A stretch of DNA of 64,000 nucleotides from Anthoceros angustus (taxonomy: Eukaryota > Plantae > Anthocerotophyta): positions 310,001-374,000 of the forward strand of contig VJWM01000193.1 in the NCBI GenBank assembly GCA_010909165.1, in the 5' to 3' direction. The notes under the pieces are model-generated. The model saw only the letters and a list, made by a program, of their open reading frames with translations. It searched no databases and was not told the origin of the DNA. Numbering within the stretch: the first letter of the stretch is position 1; each line of letters starts with the position of its first letter. Position numbers and translations under genes: made by a program. Below are positions 12,252 to 23,586 of this stretch, piece after piece.

Positions 12252-13504
12252 TGTGGACTACGGACTTCGGGGTTAGAAATTAGGTAGGGTTTTGTTTTTG
12301 TGTGGGAGCCAAGGATAAAATGAGGCGAAAAGGGGGAAATAAGCACCTGCTAGCACCCGGACCAAGACTGAGTATACTCCGGACTCGAGTGAGGAGCGAG
12401 CCCACGGCATGGCGGCGGTAACGAGATAAGTCCGGACCCCGAGGACCGGACTCAGAAGAAGGCCGGGTCCAGAGACCTGGACCTCAGAGGGAAGACCTGA
12501 CCTAGAGGTCCTGACCGAGTCGAGACAGTGGTCCCGAGGTCCAAACTCGGGAGTGGGGAGAGCCACCACCACCACCCCAGATCCAGCCTTTGAGGCCACC
12601 GCAGGGCCCGCCAGAGAGATAAGAGGGGAGGACGAGGAAGACTTAGTGGTGATCGCTGTCGTCCATGCAGCCCCCATGCACCCTGGAAGAGGAAGGGGTC
12701 ACCGCGTGATCATCCGATTGCGCGCCAGGCCGATGTGGCTCTCTACTTTGGGCCGTGCCAAGAAGGAATCAGGGCTATCCCACCCCACCACCGACGGCGA
12801 GAAGGAATAGGGAGGATAGTAGGCGGTTAGGCACACGAGGCGGCCTCGTAATAGAGGTGTAATAAAGGCGTCGACCTTCGGCGTAGTATAAGAGGGCCAA
12901 GGCCCGAATAAATCATCTTCTCTTGGTGTTGATGCCGCCTGCGCACCTTTGTGTGTCTTCTTGCTAACGTGAGTCCCGAGTCAATGAAAGCAGTAATGGC
13001 GCTCCCGGGAGATTGATCGTGGTCCCGTGACGACCCAACGTGTTGTGGTGTGTGTGTGTGGAAGGGTGACTGTGACCCGGCCGTCGAGCCGACTCAAAGA
13101 CCGAACGGATCGAACGCGCGAGCCGAGGAACTCCGGAGGGCGCAGAGCCCGGACGGAGAGGCCCGGCGAACGACGAGGAGGTCCGGCTATGTAACCCGCA
13201 AGGCCTTTCCCTAAGACCGATGAGTGTAGCGTGAGTGGAGAGAGGAAAGGACCTGAAGTGTGAGTGACGAATGTGAACGATACGGACGCGAACGGTCCCT
13301 AAACGCTTGGCCATACCGGCCCGTGACGTGAACGCTATAGTAGTTAGGCGAGCAAAAGCGCTGAGGCCGAACGAGCGCAAAGTGAGGTAAGAATCACCTG
13401 AAACGCGGCAAACGGAGCCTATCATTCCCTTGAGAACGGACTTCTTCCTACAACGACACGGGATTGTGCGCGCCCGGCTGGCCATCAGCGAAAGTCGCGC
13501 CACA
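12252..13504 (+). repeat. Gypsy LTR copy 5 (terminal, followed by the TSD)
   Basis: TGTGGACTACGG...GTCGCGCCACA, then CTTGT (13505-13509) and Copia integrase. No PBS. Confidence 0.9.
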
Positions 13505-16253
13505 CTTGTCCATGCCGATATAGCAGGGAAGCTGCAGGTGAAATCACTCGGAGGGGCTGAATATTATCTTACCTTAACAGATGATTACTCACGATACACA
13601 TGGGTGTATCCACTCCGACATAAAAGTGATGCGTTTGAATGTATTGAGACCTGGATTTCCATGGTTCAAAGACAGACTGGAAATCTGGTGAAATGTTTTC
13701 GAACAGACAATGGAGGTGAGTTCATAGGACACCAGTATGATGTCCTCTTTGAAGCTCATGGCATAATCAGACAGCTCTCAATCCCTTACACACAACAACA
13801 GAATGGGGTGGCTGAGAGGAAAAATCAGACCCTCATGGGTATGACTAGGAGCATGTTATTGGGTCAATAAACATTATTGGGCGTATTCTTACAACACCGC
13901 TACATCTTGAATCGGGTACTTACCACTAGTGTACCTGGTAAAACTCCTTACGAAGCTTTTTGGAAGAAGAAGCCAAGTTTGCTACACATGCGAGTGTTTG
14001 GCTCCACAGCGTATGCCTATGTCCCTAAACAGAAACGTCGCAAGTTAGATGACAGGGCTAGGCCTATGCTATTTCTCGGATATTCAGAAATCTCAAAAGC
14101 TTATAAATTGTATGAGCCAGCAACTCGAAGAGTGGTGCTCTCCAGGAGTGTTACCTTCGATGAGCTCTCTTCACCTCGTCAGCGTCTGAAGGCATACTTC
14201 GGTACCAAGATTCCAGTTTTGGTTGATTCTGAACAACAATCTTATGATGACGAGGACAGTGGGAGTATAGGTGTATCAGATGTTCCTCCTCCACCTGTGA
14301 TTGGAGTTGCACCACCGGTTCAGGTTCTTCCTCAGCCAGCTGTTAATTACCCTGACTCTGATGGTGAAGACCTGTTACCTGATCTGGATGCCGACAGCAT
14401 CTCAGATGACGATGGTGTTGACCCTCATGTTGAGCAAGGTTTTATTGATGACCTGGACGCACGATCAGATTCAACAGGTTCTGTGCAAGGCTCACATGAT
14501 TCTGACGACACTCAAGATGATTTACCAGCAGTGGGAGTTCAGGAGGTTGTCCTTGCGGAAAATGTTCCTGAACCACGTTATCCTGTACGAGAAAGACGAC
14601 CACGTGAGCAATGGTCTGAACCTCCCTATCAGTCCATAGACTTTCGTCGGGGAGCTCAAGCACATCTCATGGACCTGTCAGTGCCTGATGTGAGGCCAGA
14701 CCCACAATCTTATGATGAGGCTATCAATGGGCCGGATGGTCATCACTGGAGGAAGTCAATTGACGATGAGTATAACTCCCTTATTAAAAATCATACCTGG
14801 GAGCTGGTGGACTTGCCCGAGGGCAGAAAACCCATAAGCTGTAAATGAGTCTTTAAGACTAAGCTCAATGCAGATGGGACTATTGCCCGTTATAAATCCC
14901 GACTTGTTGCTAGGGGTTTCAGCCAAATTCCTGGAATTGACTACGGAGACACTTTCTCACCTGTTGTCAAACCTCCATCTATCCGTGTCCTTTTGGCTAT
15001 GGCAGCAGAATATGACCTCGAAGTACAACAAATGGATGTTTGTACTGCATTCTTACACGGTGAGCTGGAAGAGGTCCTGTATATGGAGCAACCACAGGGC
15101 TATATTAGTCCTAAAACTGCAAAGAAAGTATGTAAGCTGTTGAAGACAATATATGGTCTTAAACAGTCTCCTCGTGCATGGTACAAACGAATAATGAAGT
15201 ACCTTCGCAAGCTTGGATTCTTGCAATCTCCTGCGGATACTAATGTCTTTTACCTTGCTGATGGTTCCCTGTTCGTTATACTTGCTCTTTATGTCGACGA
15301 CTGTGTACTTTTGAGCAATAGTACCGACCAGCTCGACAAGGTTAAGGCTATGCTTCGTACTGAATTTGAAATGACTGACCAAGGTGACCTGCAGTTTTGC
15401 TTGGGGATTTAGGTCCTGCGTCATCGGGAACATGGTCAGATTGTACTTCATCAGACAAAGTATATAAAGGAGATTTTAAAGCGGTTTCACCTTGATAGTG
15501 CCAAGTCTGTTGCCACTCCCTCTGCAGTGGGGGAAAAGCTGACATCTGACATGTCTCCGAAGACTGCTGATGAACTCAGAGGCATGAAGGCTGTCCCTTA
15601 TGCAGAGGCAGTTGGCTGTCTTATATATCTGGCAAACTGGACCCGACCTGATATTAGCTATGCTGTCTCCGTGGTGTCTCAATTTCTTCAATCACCTGGC
15701 AGGCAGCATTGGGCAGTAGTTAAGAGGATTTATCGCTATCTTAAGGGTACCATATCCTATGGCCTCCAGTATACAAGTAGTGGGAGTAAGAAGGTTGACC
15801 TTATCTCGCTCACGATGCAGATCGGGCCTGACTCGACACACCGAAAAACAAGATATTGTCTCTTAGTCTCTGGGGCTGTGAGTTGGAGCTGCAAGAAGCA
15901 GACCTCCTTGGCACTCTCATCTGTAGGTGAATACAGCCCTCACCGATGCCTCAGAAGAAGTAGAATGGCGTAGGCGCTCTGAGTCGTTGAATCACCACAC
16001 TGGGCCAACATTACTTCACTGTGACAATATGAGTGCTATTGCACTAGTGGCCAACCCCAGATTCCATGCGAGGACCAAGCATATTGAGCTCTATCATCAC
16101 TATATCAGAGATACAGCAGAACGAGGTGTAGTGAAGGTGGAGTATATCAACACAAATTTGAACACCGCAGACATATTTACTAAGGGGCTTCCCAAAGCCA
16201 GACATTTTCAGCACATGGCTGCCCTAGGTTTAAGAGAGTTCAGCTATCCTTAA
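13505..16253 (+). pseudogene. Ty1/Copia pol: integrase core, RT, RNase H
   Basis: VHADIAG..DDYSRY..RTDNGGEF..QQNGVAERKN (rve); QMDVCTAFLHG..IYGLKQSPRAW..LYVDD (RVT_2); CDNMSAI..HARTKHIE..ADIFTKGL (RNase H). INT-RT-RH order. In-frame stops at TGG>TGA and CAG>TAG sites. Confidence 0.95.
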
Positions 16254-16469
16254 CAAGGAAGTTCAGACTTTCTATCCTAAGCTGGGCTGTGACTAAAGCC
16301 TGTACAAAAATCCTATCCACACAATAGGAGCTTTCACCTTCAAAGGTCTTAGCCACTGCTGGAACGAGGAGCAGCCTGAGGCTCACAACCTTCCTGCACA
16401 GGGTAGAACAGGTCTGCTGTTAGTTTTCCCTGAACATGCTAGCTTGGTGGATGAAGCATAGAGACTTTA

Positions 16470-16712
16470 TCAAATCGCAGGCAACACATGGGTCAGGTTT
16501 TTACAGTTTAGGTAAGCTTCTTCACTCACTAGGTACAGTCTCTTCCCGCACATGGGGCAAAGTCGGCTCCTGTAGGCACACACGCTGCAGTCCTGATTCC
16601 TCCTAGCTCTGTTGACTTCAATGTCGTCGAAAGCTCGCCTGCCTGCAAATCTGCAGCTTTGACTAAGGTTTGCTAGAAATCTCGCTCTCTTCACATCCAA
16701 AGAAGCTTCCAT
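16470..16712 (-). other. Putative small antisense Cys-rich ORF/exon in the Copia 3' region
   Basis: MEASLDV..RARRNQDCSVCAYRSRLCPMCGK, directly after a minus-strand acceptor-like CTTGCAG. GTGAGT donor-like sites lie nearby. No homology verified. Confidence 0.3.
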
Positions 16713-17244
16713 CTGCAAGGGTAGCTATTACAGAAGAAGCGCCGGTCTGTGATGATGGAGTCGCTCTCTTAGCTCCAGCTTGACGGCGAGAGTAGCTCTC
16801 ACGTCGACTCACCGTCGGTTGTGTTTGGCTCTATGTTTGTTGTCTCCTGCTCAGACCGAGGAACTGACTCACCACGGAGCCGGTGGTAAAGCTATGGAGG
16901 GCGCCACCAATGTGGAGCGATCACCATGTGCTCGCCATTTCCAGGGCTGCACGCCGAGTTGCCGATCGCCCGCGTGCTTCTCTTCTGCCAGCGCTGTTCA
17001 CCCTCTTCATCCTTGCCTGACGAGGATGTTGAGCGGGGCTAGCGCTGTGAGATGCTCCAGAGCGCGTCTTCATCCTTGGGCTTGCGCGTAACACAGTGCT
17101 GGTGATCATGGCATAAGAAGAAGGCTGTCAGGGGTTCCATGCTGTGTACGCTAAGAGTACGCCTCGTAACAGCGAGTAGCTGGGCGTAATGTTATTTGAT
17201 GATTACACAGTCCTTGGCCTTTGAACATATAAACCATAACGGTT

Positions 17245-17391
17245 TAGTGGGAGTGTTAGAGGTAGAAACCTAACATAGTTTATATATTTAATTACTTGAC
17301 TATAGGTTAAGTAGGTAACCCAAGAGTCATAAACAATTTTGTATTTAAGGAGTCACTCTCCATCATTTGTTTAATCAATGTTCATTATACA
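17245..17391 (+). repeat. Probable Copia PPT and short 3' LTR (~17254-17391)
   Basis: TTTAGTGGGAG followed by TGTTAGAGG... AT-rich ~140 bp ...TTATACA. The 5' LTR lies outside the window, so this is unconfirmed. Confidence 0.55.
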
Positions 17392-17393
17392 CA

Positions 17394-19903
17394 AGCTCGC
17401 TTCCGCGATTTATAGCACTGGAAACCTCCTCCTCCATTGGCTCCTCCCAAACTGAGCCTTATGCATCCATTTCACTCTCCAGGTCCTGAACCTCCGAAGC
17501 TAAGGGTCGCAATTCCTCCAAAATCTCCCTGTCGTCATCATGGGGACCCAGCAACTTCCTTGTCAACAAGGAGCGATCTCCTTACGAGCTTTGACTCGGC
17601 ATGTAGGTGGACCTGCATCTCCTGGCCCTTCAAACAAATCTCATCAAATTTCTCAGGCCATTCTCCTGAGGCTAACTTGTTATGCAAGGCATCCCTCTCG
17701 AGCGTCACGTCACTCAAACGAAGTTGTAAGATAACATTCTTGGTCGCATCTCCCTTCCATGCTTCTAGAATCCCCTTGCTAAGATAGTCACCGAAGCGTT
17801 GCTTCGACGACCAAAGATGCGATGCATCATTTTCTCCTGGCCACCTCCTGCTTGGTTTGTGAGCTCCTCACGTTCCTTGCTCCAAGTGGCCTGTCCTTCT
17901 TCCAGCTCCTTGAGCTTGGCCTCCAGTTCTTCATTCTTGGCTTGGGTAGCCTCAGCCTCCTCCTCTTTTCTAGATTGCTCTCACACTTTTCTTCCTCCTC
18001 TCTTCTTTTTGTCTTTTCTTTTCTCTCTTGCTCCTTCTTCTCTCTAGCTCCCTATCCTCTCTAGCTCCTCTCGCCTCTCTCGCCTCTCTCTCGCCTCTTC
18101 TCTTCTCTTCTTTCTCTTCTCTTCTCTTTTCTTTTCTCTTCTTTTCTTTTCTTTCTCTTTTCTCTTTTCTTTTCTTTTCTTTTCTCTTCTCTTCTCTTTC
18201 TTTTCTCTTCTCTTCTTTTCTCTTCTCTTCTCTTTTCTCTTCTCTTTTCTCTTTCTTTTCTTTCTCTTTTCTTTTCTCTTTCTCCTCTCTCTCTCTTCTC
18301 TAATCTACCTCTTCCACTCTTCCTAGCTAACTATCGCCTTGCGCCTCCCGGCCCCCACACCTCAAATCAAGAGCTAAGAGTTGCTGCTACCACTCCTTCC
18401 CCCATCGGACAGTCTCCTCAATTTTCTGATTGAGGGTAGCCACTTCCTTCACACGCTCCCTACTTTCTTGTCTCAGCCTTTGCTCTTCAATCTTGCTGAG
18501 CCCCAACCTCCTCTCCATCGTCAGTCAGGAGTGGAGAGACTGCCCACCGAGAGAAAGGCAGTCGGAGTCGACCCCAGGAGGGGAATGAGAAAACTAAGGC
18601 TTTGAAGGATCTGCTGACCATCTGTCAGCTAATTGACACTCCACTAGGGAAGCAGGCCTTACAGGAAGTAAAGGAGTTGGAGGTGAGAGCTGTCGTCAGG
18701 ATAGTCGAGGCGATTGCCCTACAGTCAGGTGGGGAGAAGGATAGCAAGGCTATCAAAGAGATGGCGCTGGCAAAGGGGCGCCTAGTTGACGGTTGGGTGG
18801 GACTCCTGTGACTCGGTCATCTCCTGGGGTGGGTTAGTTCCACCATCCTGCTCCATGGGGGTTGCCTCCTGTACACCTCGTGACACTGCCACCTCTTCGT
18901 CTTGTGCCACTATGATCTCCTCCCGGACAACAGGCACCTCTTCTTCCTTGGCGTGAGACGCCTGGGTGGTCTCATCATCTAAGATCACCACATGAGGTGA
19001 AGCACTCCCTTGCTCCACCTTGGGTTCCTCCTCTGCCTTCTTAACCTTCTTCGGGTTAGGGACCCCTGTACCATCCCGCAAAGGGACCACTTCAAACGGC
19101 TGGTAAGACTCCTCCAGCTCCTCTTCTGTAAGTAACCCATGTGCCGCCCACAACTGCACAAGGTAAGTACTCAAATGGCTGTGCCTCGCTACTTCATTGT
19201 CCACAATGTTTGGCCTCAGCAGCTTGTCTCGGTGATGCTCATAGGCCATCAGCATGGCTGTCCCCCAATCAGGCTGAGCTCCTTGCTTCAACTTCCACAT
19301 GAAATGAAAGAACGCGCTGTTGAAGTAGGTGGTTCGCTGACAGCAGGTCAGCCCCAGCACTATCCTTGTAAAAAGTTTCCACTTGAGGTCAGCAATCTTA
19401 TCTGTCCTCCAACCATTTTGCGTCTTCGTGTCCACCCCTCCGATGAGCATGCTGAGAGCTTCTTCGAGAAGGTCAGCCACCACTGCCCTTTTTCCATCTT
19501 CATTCCTCTCGGTGGGAGCCACACCACCACTTTCGCTCTCTGGCCTCCCATATACCTTGCGAATGTGCTGGACAGTCCATCCCTTCGGATCTGTCCGCAC
19601 GTTCCTCTCCTCCATGTTCTCCGTTTCTCCCTCCGTGAGTTCGAGCTGCCTGTAGCAAGACTCAACCAAGACACATTAGAATAGGCCCAAGGTGCCTCAT
19701 CATCTGCATGATGTTGTCGCAAGACCTCGAAAATCCCACAAGTCTATTGAGGAGACTTGCACGCTGAAATATACGAACCCTGGCCCCTCCTTCTCGGCCT
19801 GGTCTTTTTCGGGCTTCTCCTTCGCAGTCTTCTCCTTCTTCTTCTCCTTTGCTGACAGGCCCGCTCCCTCCTTGCTGCTATGCTGACAGGCCCTCTTCTA
19901 TGC
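17394..19903 (-). pseudogene. Degenerate TE-associated ORF (K-rich N-terminus, plant-mobile-domain-like core, E/K/R coiled coil), interrupted by the Copia insertion
   Basis: 295-codon ORF 18782-19669 (NGWRTDKIAD..LFTRIVLG..TTYF..QPDWG) plus frameshifted flanks (KEKEKKEKTAKEK; EELEAKLKELEE). Coding-like frames run to the edge of the putative Copia LTR. Family assignment is inference. Confidence 0.45.
17985..18320. repeat. Polypyrimidine (CT/CTTTT) low-complexity tract
   Basis: Almost pure C/T on the + strand. Would encode K/R/E-rich sequence on the minus strand. Confidence 0.95.
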
Positions 19904-20261
19904 TGAAAAAACATCAAAGGAGAACAAAAAAGAAGTTTCAGTATAATTTTAAATATATGACCCAATGACACATATATAGACTAAAATGGATATACTTCTC
20001 CATAAATAGAAAAGCAAACCAGGTTCAAAGGGGAAACGAAAAGTCCATGTAGATGATAATGTTAAGGAAATTAAGGAAAACACACGAGGCTTGGGAGTGA
20101 GAGGAGAATTTTGGTTTGTGTTGAAAAACTATTTTTAATTATTATGCTTGAATCAAAGCTAAATAAATATAGATTAAAAGAGTCTATGGAGAAATATGGA
20201 AAATTTTACACTCACTAAAATGGAAGAAGAACTTGTTGAATCCTCATACATTGTAGAAAAT

Positions 20262-20700
20262 GAGCAGCTAACAACTTCTTCTTTGAATGTCACGCTCCAT
20301 GTAGAGAAGTTTCCAACCACCTTACGGATGTGCTCTGGACACGTCAACGTGAATAGGTTGGGAGGAGTTCATATTCTTGCTTATTGTTCCGTCTACCAAA
20401 GCACATCAAACGCGTGGGTAGTGGTAACAAAGATCCTCCACACCGTTCCCAGCTAGCAGCAACACCAAGGATGACGAGATAGTCGTTGGGATGCCTCCCA
20501 CTTTTAAGTCTTGTGAGCATAATAGGCAAAATCACGCAGTGGCGTTTCATCGCTGCTAACGCCATCATCGACATTTGATGTGTTTCAGGCCTCGATTCTA
20601 ATTTGACGGCCTTTGCATTACATGGTCCATGCCGACCTCGAATCCCATTAAGCTTCTTATAATAAGCGACTTGGCAATCATGAGATGATGGTCTCCTATC
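20262..20700 (-). pseudogene. Degenerate partial copy of the adjacent UBC gene
   Basis: Matches 22211-22500 at DNA level (ctaacaacttcttctttgaatgtcacg; cacgtcaacgtgaata). Translates FDVLW*..GTISKNMNSSQPIHVDV vs VDVLWQDGTISKDMDSCQLIHVDV, with an internal deletion. Confidence 0.8.
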
Positions 20701-20811
20701 ACCATCGCACAAATAATTTGGCGAATATAGGTAGGTACTACTATTCTTTGAAAGTCTTAAAATTTTGAAGAAAATTTGATGGTTATTATAAATTCATTAC
20801 AAATGATTACT

Positions 20812-23586
20812 TCAAGGAAGTTTCTCAAAAGCTGCTTTCAACTTCGCCACAAGTTTTGCTAACGATAACTTGAAGCCCAAGGACCTACATGTGTCTCCCT
20901 CTAGTGCATCACTATGGGAACGTGATAAAGTGTTAGATGCAAAACCTACTCTAGCTCCTGCTGAATAAGCATTACATGCTGCCACAATTTTGGTCCCCAC
21001 TTTCTTGAAGTGCTCATTAACTAGTTGTTCAAAATGCAAGGGAGGATTTCGCATCAAATACAACATGGACTTGCAGCACAAGAGAAAACAATTTTCGTCG
21101 TATACTTGAGAATTCTTTTCTCCTTCCTCTGTATTTTGTTGATGATCAAAGTCTGGTTCGTTGTAAAAAGGCTTCTCAGTGAGCACAAGACTTTGGATTG
21201 AAAGGAGAACTTGCATGATGTTTGAAGCCTTTGGATTCCAAGCCTCCGATGTCTTCCCATGCCATGTGTTTAGCAAGCTGAGACATACTTCACCGTTTTC
21301 ATAAAGATTGGGATTAATCCGCAAACCTTTAGAGTAATAATGTGCTTCAGGTGGAACATCGGGATACTCTGACGAGAGATATATATCAAAAATATATAGT
21401 CCATCATGATATGGGGTGCCATCTACCCCAGTGATTACCGCTGTCAAAAGATCCATCCGTTCTTCATATACCCGCACGTAAATTGTGTCTGGAAGATTTT
21501 TTACTAGGAGGTCCCACTCATGTTGAACTCGCTTCATCCATTTCCTCTGAATTCCCACATTATTAGTGTTTGAGAAAAAGTGGTGGTTGCTTGCATCTTT
21601 GACTATATCAAAATGCTTAAAGGGCTCTCCCTCTGCTCTCTCCTCGATTCTTGTGGCTTCCGGTTTGACACTTGATGCATATTTTGTCATTTCAAGAGAC
21701 ATATCTGAATCCATTCTCATGATGGTAGGCTCGTCCACATCTTCACCCACATCCATATTCGCACCAGCAACTACATCCGTATAGGCCCATCCTTGCAAGG
21801 GACCTTGGAAATGGCCAACTTGCTTTGTTTTTCCCTTATAGGTAGGTGCACCGCTGCTAGGTTGACTACAAGCATCTTCACCATCGTTGTCGCTGTCACT
21901 ACAAGCCTCCTCCTCATCATGACTTGGATCACTCAAATCATGACCGTCTCCTGAAGAGTCTGAGTCACTTTCTAATGAGGATTCGTCATCGTATTTAATG
22001 ACTACATGTACATCATTCAACCCCACTTGTGACGTGGAACCATCCATCCATGCAACTTCAACATCCCCATTATCTGACAGTTGCCCGATGATACACCCAA
22101 ACCATGCAGTTGCGGATTCTGACTTTGGAATATTATGGTCCTTTGGGAGTCGAACGACAACATCTTTGATATAGTAATCATATTGAGCATGCTCGCAAAG
22201 CTCAAACACACTAACAACTTCTTCTTTGAATGTCACGTCCCCTTGTAAAGAAGTTCCCAACCACCTTACAGTTGCAATGCGTTGCTTGAAATCCACCTGC
22301 TGTATTATGCCAAGGCCATGTTCGACAATGTTTGAATTGTTTTCATCATCAACATCTTTAACAGTCACACATTGCCTTGGCCAAAAGTTGTGCTCTCCGC
22401 ACACGTCAACGTGAATAAGTTGGCAAGAGTCCATATCCTTGCTTATTGTTCCGTCCTGCCAAAGCACATCAACTGTGGTTTTGATGCCTACCACTTTGTG
22501 ACAGCCTTGAGTAACACCTTCCTCCTCCTCGCGTTTTGGTTGAGATTCTAAACTTGGGCGCCATCCTTTCGATCCCTGCTTCTTGGTTTCACATATGACA
22601 TTGGCGTCCTCAAAGCTAAAGCCCACAACAATCGCTTCATTGTGTTTGAGAGGTTTCATGTGCTCATGCAAAAGGCATCGGTCACCTAGTTGCCAATCTA
22701 TGTGAGAAAACTGGTTCATGACAGTCAAATCTTTTGGCTTCTGTTGCGTATTAGGCTTCCTCTGGATCCCAGGTACATTGCCATAAGTAGCAAACCATTC
22801 AACGACAACCATGTTAATATCAATTTGTGAAATTGTTCCACATAATTTCCTCCTTCGCTTGTTGTAGTTCCCAACTAACCATGTCGCCTTTTGTAGAGTT
22901 TTTTGATGACTTGCTACAACTCTCTGACCAATAAATAATGGCATATCCTCCTCTGCTATGTTGTGACATTTTAGATGGTCAGGGTTTGTAAGCTTTAGTT
23001 GGCACTGTGCTCCATCGTTAAACACCAATGTCACAAGCTCAATCACTCTGTCTACTTTTCCCACCCATCCAGCACCGATGACAAAGTCTCCCACTTGAAA
23101 TGAGCTTATTCTTCTTAAGCTTTTACTATCCATATCCTTCATGAGCATACCATTTGCAAGTTCCAAGTCCACTGTAATCATAACATTTGTCACGATCCCC
23201 ATTTGCCCTAATGGGTCTAGTGTAAGTGCCACTGCATCGTTATGCCTCAAAGTCCTATCCACAATATGGAGATGGTGTGGATTCACTATGGTCTTGTTCA
23301 AGTCCATCCACAACACTCTTGTTTGCCTACCGCTTTCTTCCTCCTCCGTATCGCTATTATATTCCGAGTCAACTGGATCTCCAAAGGTCCGTTGTACAAT
23401 TCCTAAAAGAGAAGGATTAGATTTCATAGAAACCACATCTTCATAAACACTGATGTGTTTCGCCCATTTCGCTTTTTCTTTCCCTTTGAACCCTTCTCCT
23501 TCCATTTTGATCGGCATTGTAATGCTCTGCCTTGAAAGGTGTAGAAAGTAACAAGAGGGACAAAATTTCCAAACTAGCTGTTTCAC
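20812..23586 (-). CDS. UBC23/24-like: UBE2O-type E2 ubiquitin-conjugating enzyme, UBC23/UBC24(PHO2)-like; one uninterrupted ORF (first ATG 23517)
   Basis: 924-codon ORF with a C-terminal UBC fold (RVYEERMDLL..GTPYHDGLYIFD..INPNLYENGEVCLSLLNTW, catalytic Cys intact) and the conserved N-terminal blocks of this family. The ORF begins right after a minus-strand TTCTAG acceptor-like site. Confidence 0.9.
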   Translation of the reverse strand: MKQLVWKFCPSCYFLHLSRQSITMPIKMEGEGFKGKEKAKWAKHISVYEDVVSMKSNPSLLGIVQRTFGDPVDSEYNSDTEEEESGRQTRVLWMDLNKTIVNPHHLHIVDRTLRHNDAVALTLDPLGQMGIVTNVMITVDLELANGMLMKDMDSKSLRRISSFQVGDFVIGAGWVGKVDRVIELVTLVFNDGAQCQLKLTNPDHLKCHNIAEEDMPLFIGQRVVASHQKTLQKATWLVGNYNKRRRKLCGTISQIDINMVVVEWFATYGNVPGIQRKPNTQQKPKDLTVMNQFSHIDWQLGDRCLLHEHMKPLKHNEAIVVGFSFEDANVICETKKQGSKGWRPSLESQPKREEEEGVTQGCHKVVGIKTTVDVLWQDGTISKDMDSCQLIHVDVCGEHNFWPRQCVTVKDVDDENNSNIVEHGLGIIQQVDFKQRIATVRWLGTSLQGDVTFKEEVVSVFELCEHAQYDYYIKDVVVRLPKDHNIPKSESATAWFGCIIGQLSDNGDVEVAWMDGSTSQVGLNDVHVVIKYDDESSLESDSDSSGDGHDLSDPSHDEEEACSDSDNDGEDACSQPSSGAPTYKGKTKQVGHFQGPLQGWAYTDVVAGANMDVGEDVDEPTIMRMDSDMSLEMTKYASSVKPEATRIEERAEGEPFKHFDIVKDASNHHFFSNTNNVGIQRKWMKRVQHEWDLLVKNLPDTIYVRVYEERMDLLTAVITGVDGTPYHDGLYIFDIYLSSEYPDVPPEAHYYSKGLRINPNLYENGEVCLSLLNTWHGKTSEAWNPKASNIMQVLLSIQSLVLTEKPFYNEPDFDHQQNTEEGEKNSQVYDENCFLLCCKSMLYLMRNPPLHFEQLVNEHFKKVGTKIVAACNAYSAGARVGFASNTLSRSHSDALEGDTCRSLGFKLSLAKLVAKLKAAFEKLP

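Larger units (their letters stand above)
7981..13504 (+). repeat. Three ~1.85-kb chimeric tandem units: PBS + ~230 bp Gypsy leader + ~350-365 bp Copia fragment + Gypsy LTR
   Basis: The same novel junction CGCGACGA|ATTGC occurs at 8210/8211, 10035/10036 and 11886/11887 (spacing 1825 and 1851 bp). The same GAACTTGT|TGTGG junction precedes each LTR. Confidence 0.85.

Noticed and set aside
134-13400. Numerous 60-235 aa ORFs within the LTR copies and on the minus strand of gag-pol
   Set aside because: Not conserved in frame between the five LTR copies and have no recognisable domains.
18028-18303. 91-aa F/L/S-rich membrane-protein-like ORF
   Set aside because: Artefact of the CT microsatellite; starts at TTG.
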